A DNA stretch of 64,000 bases from Chlorokybus atmophyticus. Taxonomy: Eukaryota > Plantae > Mesostigma and Chlorokybus algae. A program made the translations under genes and the position numbers. Below the pieces are notes generated by a model. It did no database searches. It was not told the origin of the DNA and was given only the letters and a program-made list of their open reading frames with translations. Shown one piece after another: positions 37,655 to 51,150 of this stretch; position 1 is the first letter of the stretch, and the number at the start of each line of letters is the position of its first letter. The stretch spans positions 640,099 through 704,098 of the forward strand of contig RHPI01001715.1 in NCBI GenBank assembly GCA_009103225.1. The letters are read 5' to 3'.

Positions 37655-37697
37655 GTGACACATCAGCGCACACCCAGTGTGTGCGCTGATGTGTCAC
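37655..37697. repeat. Perfect 19-bp inverted repeat with 5-nt loop
   Basis: gtgacacatcagcgcacac-ccagt-gtgtgcgctgatgtgtcac. Confidence 0.9.
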
Positions 37698-38416
37698 ATC
37701 ATCATGTGCGCACTGCTGACGAATTTGCCTCATCCACCCTTTGGCTCGTGCGCCCACTCACCAATCTTGCTATCCAGTGACTGCGGCCCTAAGCTTACTC
37801 GCTTGCCACCAGCGAGTAAATGCAAAACTGCTGACACAACCGGATGAGTCCAGTCACGTCATTTGTGCAATGCAATTGTTCAATGCGTCTCGACAACGAC
37901 GGGTACAACAGCTCCGTGTGAACTACTGACGTGACACAAGCAGTGGGTCGAGTGAATCAGTGTTTCACAAGGCCAGAGGCTGTCACATCGAGTTGCCAAG
38001 CGGGTGCGTGGAAGTAGCGGCGGCGGCGGCGGCGGCGGAAAAGGAGGCGGCATATTGGTGACATCGACGGTTGGTTTTGGTTGCGTGGGTGTTGAGAGGG
38101 CAGCTGAGGAGGTGCCTGCACTGGCTGTGCTGCAGCTGGACGGTTACTGTGCCGCCAGCGCTTATTTGCCATCCTTGACATGACTGGAGGTAAGCTAGCG
38201 CTAGCGCCCGGCTCGCAGGTGTGATCACAGTAGCACATTCCCCCAATCTGCGGGTGGCCAGCTGGTTGGCATTCTTGTTACAGGTTGTCTTCAACAATTG
38301 AAAGGCAAAAGCGCTAGCATACTGTAGCTGAGCACTGTTTCAGCTAACTGCAAGTGAGGCTGTGGATTGCTTGAGACACGGCTTGTGGGGCAGCTTGGGC
38401 GGGGAGGGGGTAAGCA

Positions 38417-41169
<2,753 letters not shown>

Positions 41170-41340
41170 AGCTGCTATGAATATGCTTTTGCAGCGGGTG
41201 TGAGCACACGTGACTTTCTCAGGTTACAGGCTTGAAGTGACAAAGACACAAGTAAAGTCTGGAGCGATTCTCAGGGACAATGCTAGCTCTGGCTGGCACG
41301 CATCCAACAGTGGCTATAAGGTTGTGTAGAGGGTCACAGC

Positions 41341-41372
41341 GTGTGTAACATATATGCAATGTTATGCATGTG
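41341..41372 (+). repeat. 32-bp direct repeat (left copy), probable target-site duplication of the Penelope-like element
   Basis: gtgtgtaacatatatgcaatgttatgcatgtg, identical to 45100-45131. Confidence 0.85.
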
Positions 41373-44300
41373 ACCCCATTGCATTGTGAACATGACATGC
41401 ACACACACACGCACACTTGCACACGCCAGCAAACAACTTCTTACACCACCGGGCTACCTATACAAACTAGGTAGCTACTTTCGCTAAGCCCTTGCCCCGT
41501 TAGTCCACATGCATGCGTAGTTACCTGTACACAAGTAAAGTCCCCACAGTTAGGCACCGGTGTGGCTGTAGTTGTGGCAGCAGCACAAAGCAGACGGACT
41601 CCCCCTCCCTCTGCTCTCTCGCTCTCTCTCCACCCGCCGCCCTGCTTCTCTCTTGGCAGTCTGCCCCTGCTGCTGTTGACGCTGCCAGGGTTGCAGTGTC
41701 AACGTCAGCAGTACGCAACTGCGTGCAAGGCTGTCGCGACTTGCCCGCATGGTCGTCAGTGGCTGAATGTCGCATGCTGTGCCCGTGCAGTCGGTTGTGG
41801 TTTGGGGCTGGCAGTTAGGTGCTGCGGTGGGGTTGGGTGGTGGGGTTGGAGCGACATTTGCTTCGCACGGGCAGGCTGCTTTTCCACGCAGCTTGCTCCC
41901 CGCGCATGATGCCTGTTGGGCAGTGTGTCATTGCCGGTGCTGCACGTCTTCAGCGCTGCGGGTGTTGCTTCACCTTCACCTTCTTGACGACCATCATGTA
42001 CAACAGCATTGGTGGTGTGCAATAGACGTACTCCTTGCTGCGCAGCAGCGTTTGCCTGAGGGTAGTGAGCAGCTTGTTCAAGGGGTGTCCATCACGCTGC
42101 ATGGCGTGAATCAAATCTGTCATGGCTGTCAGGAAGTGTGTTCTGTAGGTACACACGCGGGTGAAGCGCGCATACTGCGAGCTGATGACACCCAGCTGCA
42201 CTGTGCGCGGGGTGTTTGCGGTTGGCAACGGGGCTCGGTGGTGCGGTATCGTGCTGTAGGCTGGCAAGTCCCGTTTACTGTACAGTTTGGTACAAATGCC
42301 GTCCTTTGTTTGAAACACCTCCAAGTCCAGAAACGGCACTTTCGTACCCACAGCTGTTTGTGTCATGGTGAGGCTGTCCCGTGGGTACAAGCCTCCTCCG
42401 GGTACGTGCGGGTCCATGTAGAGCAGCCGCTCAAAGTCTGGGACTCCCACGACGAAAAGGTCATCAATGTAGCGCAAGATGCCGGTGGCGCATCGCTGCA
42501 ACAGTTGCACATGGCCCTGTTGTCGCAGGTGTTCCATAAAATCCAACTCATATGTCAGCAAGTCACCATTGGCTAAGTGCACCCCCGCACTGTTGTGCAT
42601 GGGGATGCCCACTCGCTGCTTGTACAACTCATCACTCGCCGTGCGTATATACAAGTTGTCCAACAGAAATGCCAGCACGTTGTAAATCAACTCCGCAGTG
42701 AATGTTCTCCAGGTGCCTTCCTCGTCCGTCCGGTACTGTGCTGCTGCTGTCCACCGGTGCTGTACCGATCTGTCCGGGTTCACGGTCAGGTGCAAGTGTG
42801 TGGCACGGGTACGCTGGTGCTGCATGTGAAATGTGGCATTGACCAAGCTGTGCATGCGCTCGAGCAGATATGTGTGCTGTATGCGTGTATAGCGGGTGGA
42901 GAAGTCAAAAGTCCGCAGCAACAAAGGTTGGCGCTTGTCTTGCACTGTGCGTGTGGTGTTAAATGCGGCTTGCAATCTGCCAAAAGCTCCGGAATCCTTC
43001 ATAATCCAGCTGTGGTGTACTGTTGATAGCCCCACTACTTCCTCCCACAGTTGATGCCAAATGGGTGTCATGCATTGATAGCCTCTGCTCAGCCACAAAC
43101 TGGCATCCGCCAGTGAACTGTCACGCGCCGCCGCTATGAAGCGTGGTTGAGGTGGAGTCTTGTGTAGTTTGAACAACAAGTACAAGTGCGGCAGCTTGGG
43201 CTGTTGGTGTAATTTCGCAGTATAGTAGTCATGCAGTTGATTCATCCATTGTGCATGCCGTTGCAGCACTGCCTGGGCCTGTGCATCTTCACGTTCATAT
43301 GTCTCCGTCAACAATTCTTGCGTCAAACACAGCCAGTAATGCTTCCTGCATACTGCTACCAGAGTCCCAGTGCACTTGTCCACTTCTGTAATGATAAAGT
43401 CCCGATGCAGCAACTGCAAAGCTGCAGCATCCCACGGCGCCATAGTATCCGGTGCGTGGTTTACATTTTGTCCCTGGTACTTAGGCATGGCGGTAATGGC
43501 ATCCGCACGTTGGCGTACCAGCGACAGCAACGTTGTCACCCACTGTTGCAAGACAAAAGGCAGGCCCCACTTGTTCTCTAGTTCGCTTGCAAAACGCGAC
43601 ACAGCAGATGTGATTGCTGGCAAACACACAGCGACGTCAGCCGGCACCTGGCTCCGGAACTTGGCCCCACGCTGCAGTATCCCGCGCAGCACGGTGGAGC
43701 ATGTCACGCGGTCGTAGTCACAGCTGACTACATGGTTCAGGTCTGCATGCAGCTGGCCTCTCCACTGCGGTTGTTGACACACGCACAGCGTTGCCGACAT
43801 GACCTGCACTTGCTGCAGGGCGGTCGATGCCAGGAGGTCTCTTGTGCGATTGCAGAGCATTCTTCCCACCGATTGACTACAACGCCACACCACCAGTGGC
43901 TGGCCCAGGCGTGCTTGCAGGTGTGCGGGCAGCGTTGCCAGCAGCAAGGGGTGTGATAGTAGCTTTTGCAGTTGCAGTTCATCAGCTGCGCCATTGGCAA
44001 ATGGGCATGCTATCAGCAGCCTTGCACTGCGGGTTTGCGGTAATGCAGTTGGGTAGTTGGCAAGCAGACGCGGCAGGGTTTCTGTGAGTGTAGCAGCATG
44101 ACTGGGTAGCACGCGCAGGTCTTGCGGCGCTGTATGCAGTAGCACATTCAACATCTTGCACAAGTTCAGCTGCTTGAACTTCAGCAGATTGGCAAGGGTC
44201 AGGCGCTGTTGTTGTACCCGCTCAGCCAGTCTTTGGATGCGCCTAAAGAAGTCTCTGTAGCCAAAAGTTCTGCCTGGTTGTTCATGTGGTCGTGGTTGTG

Positions 44301-45099
44301 GTTGTCTCCTCAACTGCTGGCGTCTCCAGTGTGGTAGTCTCGCACTTTTGTAGGGGCCATGTTCCACATTGTATCCGCGTGGTACATGTGTATGCAAACG
44401 CTGCGTCCACAACCATTCTTTCTGTGCAGCCCGGTGGTGCCAAGCATCATTGGTTTCATTGGGCAAGGGAGGTAAGTACTCTATTGGTGACACTCCCCAC
44501 GACTGCACGGGTATCTTGCACATGGTTTGTTCCAGCACAGTAGCAGTCGGACGATGTGCAGCTCCCCAATGCCCTTGATACCGCTCAAATGCCGAAGGCA
44601 CTGTCATGCCCACGTAACACTTCTTCGCGCTAGTCAGCAGATATATCACATAAATGACATGGTTGTCCTCGGTCGTCGACAGGCACCAGGGCGTGTGCAA
44701 AATGTGCAGCACTCGCTTGCGTAATCTTCTCAACACTGGCAGCTGCCAATGCCAATGCACGTCCAACACTTGCGCTTTGATGCTCTGCCAATCCCTTGCC
44801 GGTGATGCCATGGCGCTGTTCCCTTCGCAGCACTGCTATGTATGATCAAACGGGGTGGGCACTATTTCTAGCTAACAACACAGCAGCTGTCTAGATCAGT
44901 TCAACATGCAGAGTGCGCCCGGTCAAGCACTCACAACATACAAAGCGCATGTCACTCATGACATTCAGGACATCACAACGCATATGTGGCATGCACGAAC
45001 CCATGCCGAAGCATAGGGTAGCCAGCCGCTTACCCAAAATGGCGCAAGCGCGCTGGGCTGGCCTCTGGCTTGGGACGGTCGGACTGACCAACCAGGGCA
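41373..45099 (-). mobile_element. Penelope-like retroelement with N-terminal GIY-YIG endonuclease (Chlamys/Naiad-type), apparently full length
   Basis: Bounded by identical 32-bp direct repeats; a single 953-aa ORF with EN-CxC-RT order. Confidence 0.88.
41950..44811 (-). CDS. GIY-YIG endonuclease + CxC linker + Penelope-type reverse transcriptase (953 aa, intronless)
   Basis: EN motifs VIYLL..YVGMT, ERYQGH, KEWLW, RGYNVE; CVC..H linker; RT motifs LYLLFKLHK..PRFIAA, TFDFST, QRVGIPM, RYIDDLF, VPFLDL and C-terminal TKLYSKRD. Confidence 0.92.
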   Translation of the reverse strand: MASPARDWQSIKAQVLDVHWHWQLPVLRRLRKRVLHILHTPWCLSTTEDNHVIYVIYLLTSAKKCYVGMTVPSAFERYQGHWGAAHRPTATVLEQTMCKIPVQSWGVSPIEYLPPLPNETNDAWHHRAAQKEWLWTQRLHTHVPRGYNVEHGPYKSARLPHWRRQQLRRQPQPRPHEQPGRTFGYRDFFRRIQRLAERVQQQRLTLANLLKFKQLNLCKMLNVLLHTAPQDLRVLPSHAATLTETLPRLLANYPTALPQTRSARLLIACPFANGAADELQLQKLLSHPLLLATLPAHLQARLGQPLVVWRCSQSVGRMLCNRTRDLLASTALQQVQVMSATLCVCQQPQWRGQLHADLNHVVSCDYDRVTCSTVLRGILQRGAKFRSQVPADVAVCLPAITSAVSRFASELENKWGLPFVLQQWVTTLLSLVRQRADAITAMPKYQGQNVNHAPDTMAPWDAAALQLLHRDFIITEVDKCTGTLVAVCRKHYWLCLTQELLTETYEREDAQAQAVLQRHAQWMNQLHDYYTAKLHQQPKLPHLYLLFKLHKTPPQPRFIAAARDSSLADASLWLSRGYQCMTPIWHQLWEEVVGLSTVHHSWIMKDSGAFGRLQAAFNTTRTVQDKRQPLLLRTFDFSTRYTRIQHTYLLERMHSLVNATFHMQHQRTRATHLHLTVNPDRSVQHRWTAAAQYRTDEEGTWRTFTAELIYNVLAFLLDNLYIRTASDELYKQRVGIPMHNSAGVHLANGDLLTYELDFMEHLRQQGHVQLLQRCATGILRYIDDLFVVGVPDFERLLYMDPHVPGGGLYPRDSLTMTQTAVGTKVPFLDLEVFQTKDGICTKLYSKRDLPAYSTIPHHRAPLPTANTPRTVQLGVISSQYARFTRVCTYRTHFLTAMTDLIHAMQRDGHPLNKLLTTLRQTLLRSKEYVYCTPPMLLYMMVVKKVKVKQHPQR

Positions 45100-45131
45100 G
45101 TGTGTAACATATATGCAATGTTATGCATGTG
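45100..45131 (+). repeat. 32-bp direct repeat (right copy), probable target-site duplication
   Basis: Identical to 41341-41372; the flanking bases differ on both sides. Confidence 0.85.
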
Positions 45132-46016
45132 TGATAGATAACAGTCTGAGAGCGCGTGGAGCCGTCTAACGTACAAGTTTATGCTGCTGCCTTGTGTAGT
45201 ATTGTAATGCATGCAGGTTTTTGTGACATAGGATGTCAGCCAGTGTCACTGATATTTTCGGTGTGCTTGTCGTCGTGTCCATATTGGATTTTTTGTGTCA
45301 GCAAAAGAATGTGCAGCTCAGTATCACAACAAACTTGTGACTGACAAGTGATACCTAGCATCCATGTGTGAATCACTGTACAAAAGATGGTACGCTAGGA
45401 TGGTCACATGCACGGTGTCACAGCCACAACACATGCATGTTGTCAAGCACACAACGCATGCAGGCAGACACCACCACTTGTATTACCACCCACCACCAGG
45501 CCAAGGCTACCTCGCCAAAACTGTGGACAAGCTGCATATTGCCAAACAACAGATACAACAACATTGGTGCACTGTAGTAGACATCCAACTAGCTGTGCAC
45601 GCATACTACGCACACTGAGCGCGCGCAAAAAAACTGGCACACCGCAGCAGTAGAGCAGCGAACTGACTAGCGGCAATATTAAGTTACACCGTTACCTTGC
45701 TAAGGTACTGTACATAGCTGTCTAGACTGTGCAACAGTAGCATCCTCTGCTGCTCTTGCTGGCATACCAATGCAGGCAGATGATAAGAGTAGGAACAGGA
45801 AACACCCACCAGCTACGAAAGAGCTTGCAGTGGTGCCGGCTGGGACTTGTGATGTACACGTGATAAGTGTTATCCCAATTTGCTGGCGAAGTGAAGCTCA
45901 CACAGTAGCCCAGCCGTGCAGATGGACTCGCCGTTGGAAGAAGCATACGCTGGCTTGAGTATAGTGAAGCTGTGCGAGCTTAACTTGTCGTTGGTGCGGA
46001 CAAAGGTGGTCGCCCA

Positions 46017-48336
46017 TCAATTTGCCCACACATGCACCAAACCCTGTTTGTTGCCAGTGTAGATCTCATTGCGATCCTCATCGTAAAACAACGCGGTTAC
46101 TTCCTCCAGAGCATCGTGCGTGCGATAGCTCTTGTCAGACCCAGCTTGAATCTTTGCCAGACATTTGCCGGTGAGAATGCTGGAAATGTTGATGGAACCA
46201 ACCACTGCGCGCCACAGGCATGTGTCACCATATGTGTCAGCATTGCAAAATGCATAATTGGATCAGTGGCAAGGCAGCACCACTTACTGTGGCCTTCTAT
46301 CCTCCTGTCATCTGGATGCGGTTTGCAATACGAGATGATCAGGTCCTGGTCACTGGTGATGTAGATGTTGTTTGTGTTGCAGTCAGGGTACCAAAGCAAG
46401 TGATCCTCAAAACTGCCAAGCCGCAAGATATGTAAGTAGTAAAAGATAGGAAGCATGTTACTCAATGCATGCAGACTAATGTGCACAACGCATATCAGGA
46501 GATACCTAGTGACAATTTCACCGCGGAAGTTCCAGAGTGCCACTGTGCGATTTCTGAAAGTGAGAAACAACTGGTTCTCGTACAAAAATATGAAGGCTGA
46601 GGGTGTCATGAAGTCTGTCCTGCTGACTTCAACCAGCTCTGATGTGCGAACCTGAAAAGTCACAGGGAGACACAAGGAACCAGGAGTGTCAACAAGCATC
46701 CCAAGAAGACATAAAGGGCAGTGTCAACTGCAAAGGCAACAACATGCACTCACGTCGAGAATCTGGAGATTCTCGTTTTCTTGCTTCACAAGCAGCTTTT
46801 CATTAAACTGTTCAATGAAGTCCACTTTTTTGTTTCGGTGAAGCATGTGTGTAAAGTCCTTCAGCACCTGCACAAAAGTCGTTTTACATAAAACTTTTAA
46901 CCGCTGATGACTGCAGGACTCACCTTGCCATCTTCAATTGAAAGGATCTTCAGCGGCACATGACTTTGCGCTCGGTCAAAAATTAGCAGCATGATGCCGG
47001 GACTGCAAGAAGTTACAGGAATATAGTCCGTCTGACAGCAACAGCTTGGGAGCGGGACAGAAAACACACGCAGTACCTGATCTTGATCTCTTGGACATTC
47101 TTGTCCGAGATTTGGTACAACAGGTTGTAGTTCTTCAGATCAAAAACTTTGTACACCCTGAACGTGTGAAAAAATCAACGTTGGACCTAACAGTCATCAG
47201 CAAGCTGACGCGAGCTCCTTACTGGATTTACCTGTCTTGTGCAGAGTATGTCAACACCTTAGCATTGACATCATCAAACTCAACAAATCCAGGCCATCGT
47301 AGCAGCTCTGACTCAAATAAAGGAAACCCAGCATCTGGCTGGCCGCGTTTGATATACCTGAACGTCAAAATGATGTTGGAGGGGGTTGCACGCACAAAGG
47401 GATACATTCACCCACACAACGACATCGACATGCTGCAATACGCTTACTCTATGGGCGTTGTCCTGCACTTGAGGGAGCTGAAGTTGTCACTAGCATACAC
47501 TGACACTGTGATTAGTGAATTATTGTTCTTGTTGTAGAAGAGGCTCCTGATGACTTCATCTGAACTAATGTTGAGGAAACATATTCGCTTGTTGGTTTCT
47601 GCCACAAGCAACACAGATATGTCAGCTGAGGTGGTAAGTACTAAGCAACCACAGCATACGGACTTATTGCAAAATATGCACCTCTGCTAAAAGCCGCGCA
47701 AACACCGGAATGTGCAAGAGCAAAAACAATGTCCCTCGCCGCAACGATCTCAACAATCTTTGACCTATTCTTGAAAAACGACAACTTCAAAAAGGCATGG
47801 GACTCTGGGTCATATGTGTCGTACTCCTCCTGCACATAAGACTGGTCAGCTAAGCTTTGGCAGGTATCACACAACACGTTGCAGCACATGTGTTTCCTGC
47901 AAATTGAGAAGGCCTGATCCGACTTTAAGACTCCTAACTTTGGCCAGAGGCAAGCATTTGTGAACGAGCTCCCTCCAAAGCTAATATTATAGTTACATTG
48001 TTACACACCATCACCGACGTCCAGGATGTGGCCATCGGTGCATGCCTCATACGCCCAAAATTGTTGAAACACACCAAGAACAGACGCTACACACACTGCC
48101 TTGCAATGCACCTGCAGCGCGAGGTTGCGGAACTTCTCGGCAGCGTTGAAGCGGTTGAACTGCAGGTTGCCCTTGCGGGAGATCTCGCGGCAGAACAGCT
48201 TGCGAACGTAGTTCTGGCCGTCAGCAAGGTGGTCGCTAGCTCTTTGCCTCTTGCCTGGCACAGCGCCCATCACCCGCCGCCCGCCCGTGGGCCGCGGACT
48301 CCTCCTTGTGATGCCCACCCCGCTGCAGGCCTCCAT
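46017..48336 (-). CDS. Conserved plant/algal WD40-like beta-propeller protein (multi-exon)
   Basis: Spliced exons give VRKLFCREIS...FNAAEKFRNL, SFFKNRSKIVEIVAARDIVFALAHSGVCAAFSR, FMTPSAFIFLYENQLFLTFRNRTV.LWNFRGE, FEDHLLWYPDCNTNNIYITSDQDLIISYCK and TALFYDEDRNEIYTGNKQGLVHVWAN. Confidence 0.8.
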
Positions 48337-48654
48337 GGCCTCCTGCGCTTAGACTCCGGCCCCACTGGCACGCACAGAGCACACAGCTCCGCAGGTCCTT
48401 CACCTTCAGAATGCGCTGCAGCTAGGATTCAGCGTGCGGCAGCATGGCTAACCAGCTGGCTCCTCAGCACAGGCAAGGCCAGCTCAATCCCCTTCGCAGG
48501 TTCAACCAATCAGGCCACAATGCACCGCAACCATCGCCGGCGACAATTGCTCTCGTCCAGGGCCTTATCCAGCGGCTTGTACACCGACGAGGCCGACAAG
48601 GCTACCGATGCCTGCACTGCCGGCAACCCCGCCGCCGCCTCTGCCAGCGCCCAC

Positions 48655-48662
48655 AAACCCTA
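48655..48662 (+). promoter_or_regulatory. Telo-box in the WD40-like/SelM bidirectional promoter
   Basis: AAACCCTA between the divergent start codons. Confidence 0.3.
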
Positions 48663-49031
48663 CCGGCAATATCTCGCCACCTGCGTTGCAGAGCAAGAGT
48701 GGTGACAAATCTGCTACAAGAGCTCCGCTTCGTTTTCCCTACCAGTTCTCAAAAGCCACATTCCTTTAGCGCTGGCCGAGTAGGTTTCGCCCGCAAGAGG
48801 TAGAATTGTAGCAATGAAAAAGCCAGTTTAGAGCCAAGGAGCGGCAATGATGGTCGGCCGATTTTTCAAAAGGTTTCGCACCAACGGTCTACGCAAAAGT
48901 TGTACAAGCAGCAAAATTTATTTTGAATTGAATGGATCGGGGTGCAGAAAACAGGTTTGGACTCCAAGCGAGTCGATCGGGTTGCAGCTCACATGACGCT
49001 GCCGAGCAGCATGACGATCAGGCCAACGACC

Positions 49032-49680
49032 ATGGGGATGGCGGCGGCGGCGGCGGCGGGGGCGGGGGCGGGGGCGGCGGCGGGGCGCTGGCGGACGGCG
49101 TCGTGTGTGATGCTTCTAGCGACCTTGCTGGCAGCTGTGAGCCTGAGGACGGTTGACGCCAAAGCTGACTTCAGCAGGGCTGTGTTCGAGGTGAGGCTGC
49201 TGAGCCTGGCAGTTGTTTGCTGAAGGTTGGCGCAGCTTGGGGCATGGATGTTCCTTAACGCTTCATGCTTTGCAGTCATGCAGTGGGTGCAAGCTAAACA
49301 GGTTGCCGGAGCTCAAGCGCTTCCTGAAGCAAGAGGTGGAGGCGGGAGCATTCGGTGCAGCCGTCACAGTAAAGTACATCGGCGGGCACAACCCCGACCT
49401 TGTACTCTATGATGGCGCAGGGATTGAAGTGGTGCGCATTGATATTACCAAATACAAGGCGGAGGAGGTGAGTTGTGCTTGGCTTCAAGGGTGAAAGTGG
49501 TCGTGATGTTGAAGTATATCAAGTATGTACGTAGAAACAGGTGATATGCGCCAACAGCTGCTATGCCACACTGTGTACGTTTTGTGTACGTTTCCATGCA
49601 CGTGCTGACAGGTTGTTTTGTTGCAGTTAAGGCATTTACTGCAAGCTAAGGGATTTTCTCCACCCATCGATGAGCTTTAA
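49032..49680 (+). CDS. SELM: Selenoprotein M/Sep15-family thioredoxin-fold protein, cysteine form (CxxC), with signal peptide and C-terminal IDEL
   Basis: Exons 49032-49190, 49276-49467 and 49627-49680 give ...RAVFE|SCSGCKLNRLPELKRFL...VKYIGGHNPDLVLYD...E|LRHLLQAKGFSPPIDEL*. The start could be an upstream in-frame ATG. Confidence 0.8.
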
Positions 49681-51110
49681 GTGTCACATGCCAAGCAGCG
49701 TGTCTTTGCAGAGTTTGTATGTTTTACATTCGCATGCGATATGTGCTGTGCCTTAACATTTGGTGCTTATCAATTGTTCATGGTAAAATCATGACTATAA
49801 CATCGTGTTAACAATGTTATGTTACACGCATTGTTTGACATATACACACAATGCACAAGCCTTGTGCATTATACTATGCACTTTATGACATAATTATCGG
49901 CATGTCTACATGAATCCTACTTGAAAATGGTACCGAGATTACTTTACATACATGTCTACAATACATTTGCTTTGACATGTGAATGTCAGATCATATGTAT
50001 AGCTATATTTTATGCGAATCTATTTTGCATGTAAAGTGGGCTCGAACAAGTATATGGTAAAAACATCATTACCTTTAAGATATAGATAAAGGTTATCTCG
50101 ATTACCCCACGCTTTGTGCGCGCAAGTGCGCGCACACATGGCATCACCTCATGTAGATGTAGATGGCATTTTTGTGATTGATATAGAGATGATAACATTG
50201 CACGTTGCCATCTGTAAAGCATTTGAGGATACATGTGCATATCATAACAACGTTGATTCGATAATTGCACAGCATAATTGATGCGTTTAACTGATGATCG
50301 TATATGACAAAACACCCTACATAACACATATACCTTATACATAAATGTTATACACAAATTTAAGCCCCCCACCCATTTGGAGCCCCCCACTCAGACAGCA
50401 ACATCTTCAAAACGGGCAAGTTTTGAGTAGTGGTGTTGCAATATGTTAAGTTTACTCGCATTTGCACACTACGAGAGCATTTTGCCGTGGCCATGGTGCA
50501 ATTATTGAGGGACGTGCAAGCTGACGGATATACTACAAGTAGGATGTTGGCCAAGTTGCAAGCCAAGATGTACAACGCGCATGGAAACAACTACGACACC
50601 ACCCATTAACGACTGAACCTGCAGATAGCATGCAAGTGCACATTACCGGCATATGTAAGTAAGGTAAGCTGCTGGTTGTCCAAGGTGCGGGGAGCAGCTG
50701 TTACCGTAAGTGACTGCCCGTACATGTTTTATCGGCACGTATGACAAGTGCATGATTGCCTCTATGCGTGATGGCACATATGCATAAGCAATTGCGTATG
50801 TCATATGCAATCATACAATGTTGTTGACTGTGCCTAACTCCCAACGGCTTTGTTGTTGTTGTCCGCCCTACAATCCCCTGCAGCCATTATGGACACTTTA
50901 TCAATCTTACTATACACCGAATGGACCACACATACACCCTAAAGCCGCCATCTTGAGCAGCAGTTGCATAGCACCGCAAGCACCCCGCCCTCCGCCCTGC
51001 CTAACCTGCATGCACTTGCTGCTGCGCTACGCTCTTACCTTGCCTTGCACTACAGCCAACCTTACAAGCGCCTGTTGCACAGGCATGCTTGCTTCTTTGC
51101 CGTTCTTCTT

Positions 51111-51112
51111 TG

Positions 51113-51148
<36 letters not shown>

Positions 51149-51150
51149 CC
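51111..51150. repeat. (TGCC)10 microsatellite
   Basis: Direct reading of the sequence. Confidence 0.95.

Noticed and set aside
41740-41765. Hammerhead core CUGACGA in the PLE 3' UTR
   Set aside because: No stem II followed by GAAA, so it is not a canonical hammerhead.
41767-43717. Several 110-270-aa plus-strand ORFs
   Set aside because: Antisense shadows of the GC-rich PLE ORF with no recognisable motifs.
41950-44811. Selenocysteine recoding, as in some Naiad PLEs
   Set aside because: The ORF has no in-frame TGA.
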